A DNA stretch of 64,000 nt from Tubiluchus corallicola (lineage: Eukaryota; Animalia; Priapulida). Shown in pieces: positions 27,576 through 41,497 of the stretch. How positions within the stretch are numbered: position 1 is the stretch's first letter; each line of letters starts with the position of its first letter. A program made the position numbers and the translations under genes. The notes beneath the pieces are model-generated. The model worked only from the letters and a program-made list of their open reading frames with translations. It searched no databases and was not told the DNA's origin. The stretch lies in contig JAQGDQ010000327.1 of the NCBI GenBank assembly GCA_030141605.1, forward strand, positions 204,147-268,146. The letters run 5' to 3'.

Positions 27576-28813
27576 ATGGTGAGCAAAAGTGAAAGCGATT
27601 TGGCTTTGGTAGAACTCATTCAAGCCAGGCCTTGTTTGTGGAATTACCCACAGAAGAATATAGAAACCACACTCTCGTCATGAAGGCAAGGGTGGAAATT
27701 GGCTCTCAGCTAAACTTTATTTCAGGTAAAAACGTTAACTATTTATTTAATTAATAATAATTTTCTGCAGCAGGCTAACTATTGAATCTTTGGCTCTGAT
27801 GATAAAATGTTTAACTCACCAGTTGGTGAACACCCAATTTATTGAGTCCTTGGCTCTTATGATAATAAACGTTTATGGCAAATGAGCTGCGTAATTTACA
27901 TATTTACCTAGCTCCAAACAGTTCTGTGTGTAGGTCTTGGTCCACTGCAGTTTTATTGGTATTAATTTCGACAATGCCCTGAACAATATAAATAATGATG
28001 ATGATGGTGATGTTGTTGTTGTTAATGTTGTTGTTGTTGTTTCTGGAAACACTGGCAGTGGCGTCAATGACAACTTTAATGACATTTTGTTTTAAAAATG
28101 TTTTGACATTAGTGCTGATGATTAGTGCTGCATTGCTTTTGCACTTACACATTTTATTTTTCCTTTGCCAGTTGATGCACTGAAAAAAAGTTGGAAGGCA
28201 CTGAGGGACACTTACATTCGGAATAAAAAAATAACAAACTCCAAAAAGAGTGGAGCGGGTGCAGGAGACATTTATCAGCCAAAATGGCGCTTTTTGCAGT
28301 TATGAAATTCATTGACACAGTGGAAGACTTGAGGGAACATTCTGTGCATAATTTGCCTGGTAATTTTGCAGATACGACATGCAGTGATGACCTCTGCTGC
28401 AGTGAGGATGAAAATGAATTAATAATGAATCAGTATGAAGACATTGAAGAAGTGCAAGTTGCTAAAATGCAAATTGAGAAGCCCTTGCAGGACGGTGTTA
28501 AGAAACTAAGAGAACGTCAGAAAACCAAAAGAAGGGAATTAGAAGAGGCTGAAAATGAAATTATGAAACAAACTTTATTAGCTTTAAATCCACCTTCGGA
28601 TCCAAATAAAGCAATTGGGGAGTACATTGCCATGGAACTGTCGAATTTAAATGCTGAGCAGAGAGCACTTGCAAAATTATGAATTCAGGAAATTCTGTAT
28701 TCGGCTCAAACTGGTCAACTTAAGCCAAATTCGCCACCAAAAATGCCACAGTTTGATGCAGACTTTCCACATTACTGTGGACCATTGCCTTCTTTGCCTG
28801 AGCAGTACCAATA
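27576..28813 (+). pseudogene. Harbinger MADF (Myb/SANT-like) DNA-binding protein with a BESS-like C-terminus
   Basis: LVELIQARPCLWNY..; intron 27726-28171 (GT-AG); DALKKSWKALRDTYIR..KSGAG; IGEYIAMELSNL..AKL*IQEIL. Frameshifts and a stop. Confidence 0.8.
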
Positions 28814-28915
28814 ATATGTTTCTTGTATAAATGCAATCACCATTTACAAAAAAAACGTCTATTATTTGCTTTAATTATTTTAATTACTATACATGTGAAA
28901 AAATATAAAAAAACA

Positions 28916-30081
28916 TTAGCTGCATATTGACAATTGTCCATTGAAATAACCACAAAAATGAGTTCGGATAATTCTTGCACCCGTTGATGTTCTGTTGCTT
29001 CCTTGCCTACAAATATTTTCAAGCTTAATTTCTTGAGAAGTGCTGGTTTCGTTTATGTCTTCAGAAACCATGTATGCAGCAACTTTTCCACGTAGCAAAT
29101 TGTGCAATGCACAGCTTGCCCAGATAATTTTTTCAACTTTCTCTGAACTTAGCAATATTTGTCCCTGAAAAACTCTAAACCTCTGTACCATTATACCAAA
29201 TGCATTTTCGTAGGTTCTTCTAGCTCAGCTGAGTCTGTAGTAGTATATCCTCTTTTCATCTGACAGCGTCACAGTTACTATAAGGCTTCATTATGTTTTC
29301 CTTTAACAGAAACGCATCATCTGATACAATAAAGTATGGCATTTGGTCAGCATCATCTTCATCATTTGATAGTTTTCTCTTCATTGGTATGTTGATTCCG
29401 CTCGATTCCAAGACTTCAGATAATGGAGATACCTGAAAGGCTGAAAATACCAGCGTCATTCATTTGTCCGTTATAGCCCGTGTCTAAGTCAATGAATTTG
29501 TAATCTGCGTCAACAAGTGCAAGCATGACAACACTGTTGAAGTTTTTGTAATTAAAGTAAAGTGAGCCACTATTCAGTGGTGGTTTTATGCTTTCCATCT
29601 AGTGCACCTAGGCAATTTGGAAAATTTCACCTTTCCTCAAATAACTGTGAATTTTTTTCCACTTATTGACATCATTAGTAAATTTTAAATAGTCTTTTGA
29701 CAACACATGCACCAAAGCATCACACGTTTCAGGATCAATGCTGCCAATAGGCATTCTGTGCACACGAAATACATATTGTAGGTCAGAAAATGTGCCCCCT
29801 GTAGCTAAATATCACAGAGTCATTGCTAGTCTTTCTGCAGGTGACACACAATATCGAAATTAAGCATTCTGACGCTCAACGAAAGGCCAAATCAACTAAT
29901 TCACTGAATGTTTGAACATCCATTTATAATCACAAGGTTGTAAATCAGGCAACAGTTTGTGATAAGCGCCGTGTTTATACTTCTTAGCTAGTCATTCGTG
30001 CTGCCAAATTATCCTATTTCTTCTTCTCCTTCTTTTTCATCTAAACAATAATCATCAAACAAACAATTTTTTATCTTCCAT
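28916..30081 (-). pseudogene. Harbinger DDE transposase (HARBI1-like)
   Basis: FPNCLGALDG, YFNYKNFNSVVMLALVDADYKF, IVSDDAF, ENAFG, SCALHNLLR. Disrupted. Confidence 0.9.
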
Positions 30082-30344
30082 CGTCCGTAGTTAACGAGAT
30101 AACACAAATTCCCACCAAATAAGCAAGTACTGTATTTCTAGCATCACGCGCGTATGTGCCAATCCCATTGCTCTAATGTATCACCTTCAGCAGCGTGTGT
30201 TACCCGAAACACTGAATGCGCATGCGAGTTTCTAACGCAAATGTATCATTAGCATAAGCAATGGTGGTTTTCCATCTGTGTATTGCTGCATGATGCGTAT
30301 TTGGATGACATTAATAATAAACTTCAGAGCCTAATATGCAGTAA

Positions 30345-30652
<308 letters not shown>

Positions 30653-31201
30653 TAAGTGAGGAGACTAAAGGAATATAGAAAGTTGCATCTTTGTTGCTGG
30701 GATTTAGTCATTTTAAAGGGATGTGAGAATAATTAATAAGCAAGTAATTCAATGCTTCACATTTCAGTATTTCAGTCTAGTTTACAGGGAGATTTTAGTA
30801 GTTTCTTAATTAATTAATTTCCTAAGTTAATTAGTTTCTGGAAAAAATGATGTCTAGTGACCCTGCTTCATGGCATGATGAATCAAGGCGATATAAAAAA
30901 TAGACCAGTTTCAGTCACGGTCACATAGCGTATCCAGATACAGATATAATGAAGTGTTTAATTTTTAGTAGATTAAATTGAGCCATACTCTATTAATAAG
31001 CCAAGTATCTTTAGCTGATTATAGTACAACACAGCCGAGAAAAAGTGGCGACAAACAAAAATTGGTGACAGGAGGATAAACAGATAGACTGGCAGAATCA
31101 ATAATTGTATATTTACCAGCTTCGTTGGGACAACTGTAATAAGCCCAATTAAGCAGTACTTCACTAATGTGTAAAATAATATATACTATAGTACAACTAA
31201 C

Positions 31202-31352
31202 CTTAAGCCAGGATCTATTAGATATTTCCATTCATATTCCAACTTCCATATAGCAACTCCACTAATTATGACAAAAACCGAACCCAAAGCATCACCAAGA
31301 ACATGCAGGAACACCCCATGCATATTTAGCTGTGACGCTTTCTTTGAGCTCC
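31202..31352 (-). CDS. ZnT1/SLC30A1-like zinc transporter, coding exon 4 (TM5)
   Basis: (R)SSKKASQLNMHGVFLHVLGDALGSVFVIISGVAIWKLEYEWKYLIDPGL(S); AG/GT boundaries; HxxxD motif. Confidence 0.92.
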
Positions 31353-31999
31353 CTATAAAAATCAAAGCATTAATTGTTATACGATGGAATTTAACTAACT
31401 GCTTACTAGTGCTTAGCATGAACTTTTTAGGGCAACTATGAATTTTGCCAATACAGAATTGTGTAGCAAGCAATGAATTCATAATGACTCATTCCTATTC
31501 TATGTATGAATATAAAATATTAGTATAAACAGCTACTACTACTACTTCAGCTGTATCGTTCCTTCAACAGTTAATCTATATCTACTATAAACTACAGCAT
31601 TCTACTCAAGAACCAAGTTATCAAGAATGAATGTTTTTGATTGTTTCTGACTGCCATTTTTTATTAATTAAAATCATATTTTTTTCAAATGTTGTTCCAA
31701 ATTTTCTGTTTATTATTAATCATAGTAGTAATTAATCATAACAGTAAATCTCAGAAGCCACTGGATTGCACAAAAACACCTGTATAGAAGCCACCACTAT
31801 ACATGCACAGTGTACAGGTTAAGCCTAGAAGTAGTTTGCCCCCTGAGCCTTTGTCACGGACTAATATAAGAACAGCTCAATGCCAGAGTGTAATGTTATG
31901 GGTAGTTTTACTTGTTTGTTTGTTAGTATGTATATATATATATACATAGTCTATATATATATATATATATATATATATCGGGAGAGAGAGAGAGAGAGA

Positions 32000-32563
32000 G
32001 AGAGCTTCTGGCAACAGAAGACGACATATCAAGACGGAAGATAATAGTATTATTCAAAACTCAGAAAGGTTTTTGAGAAAGAATAGGAAGATTTCTTTGA
32101 AAACAAAAATTAGAATATTCCCAGCTTTAGTTGAAATTGTATTTCTGTATAACTCTGAGTTCTGGACATTAAAAGTAAATCACAAAGCTGAAATTGATGT
32201 GTACCAAACATTTTGGGTAAAAGTGCCAAAGAAAATCTCAAAAATACAATCTGCATGAAAAAATAAGAACCTTGGACAAGAAAAATAAAAAGCTGCCATC
32301 TGACATGGATTGGAAATATGCTTAGACTACCTGATTATAATCCTGTGAAGATAACTCTTCAACAAGCAATAGAACCAGCCAGAAAACCTGCAGGAGGACA
32401 AATGCTAACATATTTAGATTTTGCACAAAACGATTTAAACACTTCAGCACTGATCCTTAGAGATAAATGCACTTGGGACATTGCAGTGAGAAGGGAGTTC
32501 TAACATAAAGAGAAGAACAGAATCATGTTTCTGGATGTGTCTGTTGGATGATGATGATGATGA
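32000..32563 (+). mobile_element. 5'-truncated RTE-group LINE 3' fragment
   Basis: ISLKTKIRIF..FLYNSEFW; WIGNMLRLP; (GAT)n tail at ~32547-32563. Confidence 0.7.
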
Positions 32564-33202
32564 CATTTGACTAATACTAAAAGTAATTTTCGGCCAAAGT
32601 TGAAATTCGAATCATTTCAAAGTTTTTATCATCAAAGCTAAATTTAGTACAAAGTATGGTGATATAAAGTTAATATTATGATATTAACAAAGAGTCAGAA
32701 AATTGTGAGCCACGTAATTATAGGCATATTTAGAGGAAGTACTATGTGTTTGAAGCAAGCAATAAGATTAAATTGTTGCAGGCATGCCTCAATATTAGTG
32801 GTGCTTTTGTTAAAATTCAGTGAGTGTAAAGATAATCTAGTACAAAGGTTCAGCTTTTCAATGTGCATTAAAGTAATGTACATCATATATCAATATAATG
32901 GTAATATCTGCATATCTTAAATATTCAAGTTCAGGTTCAGTACCTCTGACCCCATTCTTACAGGGAAAGACTTAGGGTAATTGACAGACATAGTGAGTTT
33001 AAAACTGCTTGATGAATAGCTTCTATATAGCAGCCAGAAAAATATTTTGAAATGCAGTAAAATGTGTTTGCAGGCAGTGTTCCACTTCCGAAAGCAATAT
33101 GAAATGATACTATTACAATAATTTGTGTTGGTAATCACAATATTTCAATTCAAGTTAACAGTAATACAGTGATTGTCAAATCACTAAAGATGAAAATATT
33201 AC

Positions 33203-33439
33203 TTATGTGACTGTGCTCATGCTTCGTTTGTTGTGATAAAACATCAGTGGTTTCCATTATGCTTGTATTAGACCTTCTCAATATTTCATCACCAGTTAAT
33301 GTGCCAAGATACTTTAACGTATCGACATCCTCCACAACAACAGGAATCTTGCCCTCTTTTTCTTCTCTCTCAATCTGTGCCATATATTCCTCAGCAGTGG
33401 AAGCTTGGCAAGTATGCTCATGGTGAGGATGTCCATGTT
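33203..33439 (-). CDS. ZnT1/SLC30A1-like zinc transporter, coding exon 3 (His-rich loop)
   Basis: (K)HGHPHHEHTCQ...KHEHSHI; phase 1 to phase 1, 237 bp, canonical AG/GT. Confidence 0.85.
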
Positions 33440-34939
33440 CTACAAAAGCCATATTTATAACCTCATTAACAATGTAACTACACTTACAATGTTTTCTTTA
33501 CATTTTTGTGGTTATTTCAATTAGATTAGAAGAAAGCAACTGTTAGCCTCTCTATAGTCAGAAAAACTCCACACATGCATGAACATGCTTCACTGATGTT
33601 CAATGTCTTTTACCTGAAAAATTGATGCCTTAGCCCTGAGTGCTTCAAACACTGACATCTCACTACCCAATAAGAGAGACTGGGGGAAAACCAATGTTGC
33701 ATGGGCCACATTTGATTGTGCAAAGTGTGAGGGCAGTGATGAAAATCAAATGGGTGCATTCGGAATTTACTAGAGTACTGACTGAGCGCATACGCATACT
33801 GTTTAACTCTAGCTAAATGAAAGCTTTTAGAAGTTTATTGAGGATTGATTAATGCTTTTTGCCACATTAATAGTATAGATCATAGCACTTAAAGTCATTC
33901 CATATTATAATACCCCCGTTATAATGTCAACCTCACCTAACACCCATATTTTTGGTAAAACAAAATGTTTATATTTGCATAGACATGTATATATTAATGC
34001 AAGTCATTATAATGCCAACTTTTTTAGAGTTCCAAAGTAGGGACTACAAAAAGTATTGACTGTATTTGCTGATCATTTATAGAAACTTTGAAGCTCTCTT
34101 GCAATGTATTAAAAATGTAGTTTAATCTCCAGCCAAACGTACCACAGTCATAAATAGAATTCATCATAATACCACTATTTATCATTATCGGCTTTTTACT
34201 CTGTTATTCTGATTCAGCACTTTTAAAAATATCTGTCTCTTATTTGGCAGTACTAGTCAGCTGGTTATTTCTGATCAACGAAAGCTAGCCGATCTAACTT
34301 AAATTGCATAAGATGACATTAAATGCCTATACCTAGCTTAATATAGTTCAACATTTTATGTTGCCATGGACATTAAAGATTTAATTGACACAGTTAGGGT
34401 TGTTTGTTGAGCCTAAATTAAGTATGAAGTACCCATGTTGTTTAATCTTATTTATTTCAAGATTTAAACTAGAGAAATATATATATATATATATTGCAAA
34501 AACTGCTGTATACATGGCTTGTCACTTTAAACACTCACCTTTCAACTTTCTAGGCTTGTCCCAATTAATTATGCATCTTGTATTTGGCTTTTTTTGTAGC
34601 AAGAGGTTTAATTGTTTAACTGATGGCATTTTACTATTTTTATTCTTCCATTCCTGTTTTATATTTAAATGTTTGGATTCTTTTAAAAAAATTATTCGGT
34701 TTTATACTACACTGAGACTCTCTAAAGCAAATGTGCATTATAATGCATAACACATTCTGGATGTCTGGTAAATGCTGTTTTAGTGTTTTTTATTTGATTT
34801 AATGGCCAGACCCAGTGGCTATAGTTATACATTATTCTCTTTATTGTATACTGTATACTGTCAAGCGATATACTGTATTATTCTCTTTTACAGATACTTC
34901 AGAGTACTTGTTTGTTCGAAAAATATAAATCAGACTGCA

Positions 34940-35675
34940 TGGTAGAAATGGCACAGGAAAAAATATGACACAGGAAAAAAAAGCAGAAAACATGGCACAT
35001 ATGACATTTTGATACAATTGATTTCTATAATAAAACTAGAATGCAGACCTCAGTAGGAAGCAGACCTCTGACAAAGCCGAACAATCTCAAGTTTATTCAT
35101 CTGATTCTTTTGATTAAAAAAAAAACAAAAATAAACAAGCAAACGTATCTGTATTGGTATTACATAGACTAACAAAACTCAAAAAATTAATTTTTTAAAC
35201 AGAATTATAATCAAAACTTCACAAATATCCCACATAGTGTTTACTTACTTTACTTTAACAATTAATTTCGGCATTGGTAATAGACTGACATATATGCATA
35301 TTTACATACCAAGTCAGCTTATAAGGCCATACACATTAATAAGCAAAGGTTATAGACAGCATTACACTTTCTCTGTGACCTCCACAAAGTGCTTCACGAA
35401 TGTTTTTTGCATGTGGTGTTCGGTCAAGTTTAATGGAAAAGAGCGGGCAAAAAATGCCCCTTTTGGAAACTGATACCTGCCTTCTCCATAAAGTTTTTGA
35501 ATAATAGGCTTAGTGCTATAACATACAAAAACCAATCAGACAAACGAACTATGTTGAAGCATAACTTCCTTGGCAGAAGTAAAAATAATTAAAATAATTA
35601 TCCCCCCCCTGAATAACCCTAACCATAAAGTCATATTTTACCATGTGTGTCATTTTTCCTGTACTATTTATACCT
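34940..35675 (-). mobile_element. Composite repeat copy A: Helentron-associated (HINE-like) element inside a (GTGCCATTTT)-rich repeat
   Basis: Inverted homologue of 41498-42440; HINE-type ends ttacttctgccaagga..ttatg and ..ctgcattctagtt. Confidence 0.65.
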
Positions 35676-35777
35676 ACATTCAATCAGGCATGTGCCAAAT
35701 TCACATATCAAATATCAAGTATGAAAAGGCCTCTGATATGAATGCATAGTATGTATGAATGCAAGGTACAGACTTAC

Positions 35778-36003
35778 TATGGAACAGGAACAGTCCAACG
35801 ATATTGAGAAACAATCCTCCAGCTCCAATACTAAGCATAAGTACAGGTCTTTCTATTGGTTCTATGTCACTCAAGAACCTTTTCATAGCCTCAGTAAAAA
35901 TAATGAAACACAATGATACCAGAAAGACGGAATTGATAAGAGCACCAACAGTTTCCATCCTATACATTTCATATATTTTGTCGAAATTTTTCATCTGAGC
36001 AAG
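35778..36003 (-). CDS. ZnT1/SLC30A1-like zinc transporter, coding exon 2 (TM3-TM4)
   Basis: tttttcttatag|LAQMKNFDKIYEMYRMETVGALINSVFLVSLCFIIFTEAMKRF..PIERP..GGLFLNIVGLFLFH|gtaag; phase 0 to phase 1. Confidence 0.88.
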
Positions 36004-36832
36004 CTATAAGAAAAACATTTGACATGTTTTTATCACAAAATAATGAAATAATGTTAGTTTTATATAATGGGCATATTAAGATTCAGTCAAGTTTAATCAA
36101 CACATAGCAGGATCAATATAATGAAAAAAAGCCCTACCCCAAAAAATTGCAGCAAAACGTTTTTGCAGTTGTTTTGTAGTATTTGGTCCAAGGAATAACA
36201 TATCCCAGTTAGGCCAAAATTTGAGCACTGCAAAGGGTGTAATTATGATATCAAAAATATGGCTGTTTGGCTGCCACTTGACCAAATTAAATGGATATTA
36301 AATGGATATTCAGACTGCCAGAATGGTGAAAAAATGCTCATTTTGATTCAAAAGCAAGAAACTTTGCACAGTGCTAGAGCTCATTAAGGTGATTAATTTT
36401 GATTATGGAGTTAATCGGCCGGAATTTTCAAGATGGCCGACTATATTAGCTTACTAGGGCTATAACTTAGCTGTCAGAGCACACAGGATAATGATTTTGG
36501 TGTCTAAATATAGGTTTTCAAGGTCAACGAATGAACATCTAATGCTTATATGCTGCTATAATATCACCACATTTCAAGATGGTTGTTAAGATAGCAGCAA
36601 ATGTTCCAGAAAATGACAAAATTGCTCATTTTGCTTTTAAAGTATGAAATTTTCCAAAATGCTAAAACCCATCCATCTGAATAATTTTGGAAGTGGACCA
36701 ATTGAAAACTATCCAATATGATGCAGCATTTTTTGCTTACCGTAGGGGCACCACGGCATCGAGAATATGTGCCAAAAATGGCTGTAAACATTTTAATGTC
36801 ATAAAACTCTATCATAAAACAATTTTAATGTC

Positions 36833-39100
36833 ATGTTCTCTACATTTTTCTTGCAGCTGCCGCACTGCAAAGATCATATCAACTGTGCTGCGTCCCTGTC
36901 TAAATCCACACTGACTTTCAGGTGGCAGATCTTTCTCTAGGTGTGCGTTGAGACGATCTAGCAGAATTCTTGCCAGGATTTTGCCAGCAATCGATAGGAG
37001 CGAGATGCCCCTGTGATTGTCACACTGCTGTCTGTTTCCTTTCCGCTTATAGAGGTGGATGATTGTGGCATCTTTGAAGTCTTGTGGTAGTTTTTCTTGT
37101 TTCCACATAAATTGGAACAGCTCCGTCAGTTTCGTCTGTAGTTTAGGGCCGCCGTTTGCATATATTTCAGCTGGGATGGAGTCAGCGCCTGGTGCTTTGC
37201 CGCTGGACAGGCTCTTTATGGCTTTCTCAACCTCTTTCTCTGATGGGGGATTTTCAAGAGATCTGTTGGTAGGGACTTGGGGTAGTCTTTCTATGGCCTC
37301 ATCATTTATTGAGGATGGTCGATTTAGAATGATGTTGAAGTGTTCAGCCCAGCGTTGGAGAATCTTATCATTTTCAGTGAGAAGGGTTGATCTATCGGCA
37401 CTGAGAATTGGTGTTGTGCCAGACTTGGACGGTCCGTAAATAGCTTTGATAGCCTGATAAGAGTTCTTTTGATCCTTTCTGTCTGCAAAGGTTTGAATTT
37501 GGTCAGCTTTTGCACTTAGCCAGGAGTCCTGCATGGCTCTGACCTTCTTTTGGCATTGGTGAAGGCAGTTTTCTTTGCTGGACACTTGGGGTTGTTTATA
37601 AAAGCTCTGTGACATTGGTGCTTTTCATTTAGTAGGGTCTGGATGTGATCGTTGTTTTCATCAAACCAGTCTTGGTGTTTTCTGGTGCAGGGCCCAATGG
37701 TTTCTAGTGCAGAGGAGTAAATGGCATCACTAAGGGCTTTCCATTGAGTTTCAGGGTCTAGATAACTACTATCCAATGCCTCTAATCTATCGTCCATTCA
37801 TGAGTGATTGCCTGACGTTTTCCATTTTCAGCTTGGAGATATTCAGCCGCTTGGGTGCCCGTTTTCCCTGCGGTCTTCTTGAGGGGTGGATTCTGATGTT
37901 TAGTTTGGACAGTATAAGCCGGTGGTCTGTCCAACATTCTGCACCGGACATTGCCTTTGTCACTCTGACATCTTGTTTGTCTCTCTGCCTGACGATAAGA
38001 TAATCTAGTAGATGCCACTTCTTTGAACGTGGGTGTTTCCATGATGTTCTGTTTCGGTGGGGAAGACGGAATACAGAGTTGGTGATGAGCAACTCATGGG
38101 ATGCACAAGTTTCCAGAAGCAGAAGTCCATTGCTGTTGCAGTTACCGGTGCCGTTCTTTCCTAAGATGCCTTTCCATGTGTCATGGTCTTTTCCGACTCT
38201 GGCATTGAAATCACCTAGTATGAGTAGTTTATCTGCTCGTGGGACTGCAGAGGTGGCTTCATTTAGGTCGCTGTAGAATTTTTCTTTGGTGGCCTCTGGG
38301 TTTGTCATTGTGGGTGCATATGCACTTATGATGGTGGCGTGTCTCTTTTTTGACAGTGGCAGTCGTAGTGTCATTAGTCTTTCGTTGAAGCCTTTTGGTG
38401 GAGATTTCAATGTTTTTAGCAGAGATGTTTTGATGGCAAAACCCACGCCTGCCTCTCTGTCCTCATCTAGTTTTTTGCCAATCCAGAAGAAGGTGTAGCC
38501 TATTTTGTTTTCTGGCAGTTGTCCCTCTTCAGCAAAGCGAGTTTCGCTGAGTGCAGCTATGTCGACATTATGCCTAGCCAGCTCGCTAGCTATGAGTGCT
38601 GTTCTTCTGGCTGGTCTGTGAGATCCAGTCTTGTCTTGCAGAGTGTGCACATTTCATGCGCCAAGTGTTAGCGGTTTTCTCCGCTCGTTTCTTTCCTTTC
38701 TTTGTTTCTTAGCGCTAGGCTGGGATCCCCGCCAGTCGCGGCATGCTAGCCAGGGTGAGGTGAAGCAGGCAATGTTTGGTGCACTTTTTCTAGCCCTTTC
38801 CCCATGCTAAGAGGGGAAGCAGTGCAATCCTGAAAAGGGCTGCTTCGTCACTCAGGTGGCTGCCGAATTCCAACGCTGCTTTGGTTCGGTGGAAAGCGAC
38901 CCTATGGCCTGAGCCGCCTATGTGCAGAAGAGTGGCTACGGCTACCAGTGTATCCACACCTACCGCTTCGCCATGCTGTCCATCGCCGCAGGACTTTTTG
39001 TAGGTATAGGGGGTAGGGATGAAGTCATGACTTGCGCGTTAATTTGATTAAAGTGAGGGAGAGTTGCGCAATGTCGTCAGCACAGAGAAGCATGCAATAT
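36833..39100 (-). mobile_element. RTE-clade (BovB-like) LINE, 5' half only
   Basis: GC-rich 5'UTR; APE (ALSETR, ISAYAPT, LGDFNARVG, TDH); RT start (KAPGADSIPAE, HRGISLLS, QCGFR). Stops abruptly at QLQEKCRE. Confidence 0.92.
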
Positions 39101-39349
39101 TTCTTATGTTGATTGTATGTTTGGTAAGGGAATACCAGATACTAATGGTAAAATTCGAATGCAAGTAAAAATGGCACAGGAAAAAAATTGACACAAATAG
39201 AAAAGTAGGTAAAAATGGTAAAGATAAAATGGCACAGGAAAAAATGACATTGTAAAAATGGCACAAATGCAAAAGCAGATATATAGTGCAGATGATTAGT
39301 GTACCAAATTTTCAAACTAACACAATAAGAATTGATTTTCCAAAGAAAA

Positions 39350-41497
39350 CTAGAGAAAAGAAATCTTCAAGTAAACCAGTCAGAAACAGAAGAATATATT
39401 ATAGCAAGAGCTGATAATCAGTCTTGGAAAAAGTGCAAATACATGGGCACTTTTGGAACACCGAAGATGATATTAAAAGTAGAGAGCAACAAACAAATTT
39501 AATGCTTGTTTTCCTTCTGCACAATAATGTATTAACTAGCAAGAAATGAAGTCTTAACATAAGACTTCAATTATTTAAGATTCTGCTTAGAGCAGAAACT
39601 TCTTGATTTACCCCCGGTTTTTATTTTATTTATTTATTATTATTATTTGTCAAGTTTTGTTTCTTTAATAACTCAAGCGTGCACAGTGCTAGGGCCACGA
39701 AACTCACAGGACACACTCCCCACATAGGGGGATTTATGTTAGTATTTTAGTATATCACCCTTGGGTCAAACGTCGTGTAACGGGCAGGGCTTCTTGTTTT
39801 TTTCGTTAGGCTGAATCTCCTCCTACAGTTTTCGAGTTAGGGCCACAATTTTTGGTATGTGGCTAGGTGGTGTCGAGTTTTTGTGCAGTTGGTGTCGAAT
39901 ATGAGCCATTTACAAAGGGGAAAAATTTCTGGTAGGGGGCAAAGAACCAAAATCAAGGGGGTCGGGGACACCAATACTTCCAGTTTCGACATTTTGCTAA
40001 TGTGATGTATGTGGTAAACAAAATGTTTTTATAGTAATTTTGGACAGTAGATTATATGACTTTTCAAAAGACCAGCGGTTGCTATGGTGTACAAAGTCTT
40101 AATTTGGCAGTTGCTAGGGTGTAAAAATAACCATTTCTTCCAAAACATATAAAGTACATATTCTATGACAACTTTGAGGCCAAACAGATGCAACATACAG
40201 AAAACACTGTAATGCTAGAGTTCTCGACACTGCCAAAATTTTGGCCCACCCGAGGTCATCCAAAGGACATCAACAGGGAATATCTCAATCATATTGAGTA
40301 ATATATCAAATTAAAGCATGGGGTGAGGCGGGTTTGACACTAACAAATGTTGGCCCACCTGGAGTCACCTAAAGGGCATCTGCAGGAAATATGTCTACAT
40401 GTTGTGTAATATATCAAATTATTGCTTATGCAGAGGTGATTTGACGTGGTTAATTAAAACGTCAAGATTTGTTGACAAATGGCTTAATTGTCTTTATTTT
40501 GCCAGAACCTTTTGTCCTTCAAATAAATGTCGCAAACAATTGTGTAATAATTATAGGGTACTATAAGCTTAGAAACTCTGTACTAGAATCATAACTTTAA
40601 GGATCTGCTCTGGGCCTATTTAGGAAGCTCCGAAATGCAAAATTAATGGGAAGACAACAGCACAGCAGCATGTAACAATCCAGGGCATCATAGTTAGTGG
40701 CCCTATCACTAGGCACTATCAGAATTTTTTGACACTAATGCATTTGTCTACTAGTAAGATGTCACGGCAGTGTGATAACATATGACCCCCAATAAGCCAG
40801 TGTGCTTTTGTGCTTGAAAAATCATTCTACAACATGTCATACAAGTTCGTTGTGGTTATTGCAAATTTTTCTTCAGGGGACCTACACAGTCACTGACGGC
40901 CTAGTTAATTAGTTTGAAAACAATTTTTTTTGTAAATACAAAACAAAAGCTGTCAGTAAAGCATCTCCTGTCATAGAAGTAGAATCTTACCACAGTTTTT
41001 GACACAGATAAAAATGTCCACTAGTTAATTGCTTATTTTACCAATAATGTGTACAACAATGAAACTTGGGGTTTAACGATTGCTCAAGAAAAGCAGACTG
41101 ACACAATTCATAGAAGTCTTCTAAGGAAAGTTTTAAAGATAAGATCACCATATATAATCAAAAATGAAGATTTATACACCTGAACAAAAGAAATTTCTTG
41201 GAGTTCAAAAGTCAAGATCTGAAGATTAAGATGGCCAGGACACCTTCCAAGATTACCAAATGAGGGCCAGTAAGAATTGCCTTAAAGGAAGCCTTAAAAC
41301 TTTGCAAAACACCACCTGGCAAACCAAAAACAACCCGGATAGCTAAGATGAATAAAGATTTTGAACAAAATTCAAGCAAATCTATCTTTAGGAGTAGAAG
41401 AACTTATGCCGTTAACTGCAGATAGTAGTGGGTGGAATACTTTAATAAATGTTGTTGAGTCAATGCCTACAATAGGCGGAATGAGACTTTGAAGAAG
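39350..41497 (+). mobile_element. RTE-group LINE 3' fragment split by a ~1.45-kb non-autonomous (Helitron/Helentron-like) insertion at ~39591-41040
   Basis: KCKYMG..RLQLFKILL before the insert and YNNETWGLT..RLRWPGHL after it. The insert has several CTAGT-type ends. Confidence 0.55.

Larger units (their letters stand above)
27285..30254. mobile_element. PIF/Harbinger DNA transposon with both ends intact and decayed genes
   Basis: TIRs agctaatgatacatctgcgtt.. and ..aacgcaaatgtatcattagca; TAA TSD at 27282-84 and 30255-57; convergent MADF and DDE genes. Confidence 0.92.

Noticed and set aside
30973-31200. Hydrophobic ORFs right after ZnT exon 4 as TM6
   Set aside because: Would need an implausibly short intron and lacks CDF similarity; 3465-3508 fits both phase and sequence.
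34120-34150. Minus-strand TFGWR peptide as the missing CDF motif exon
   Set aside because: Wrong position (downstream of exon 2) and no supporting splice sites.
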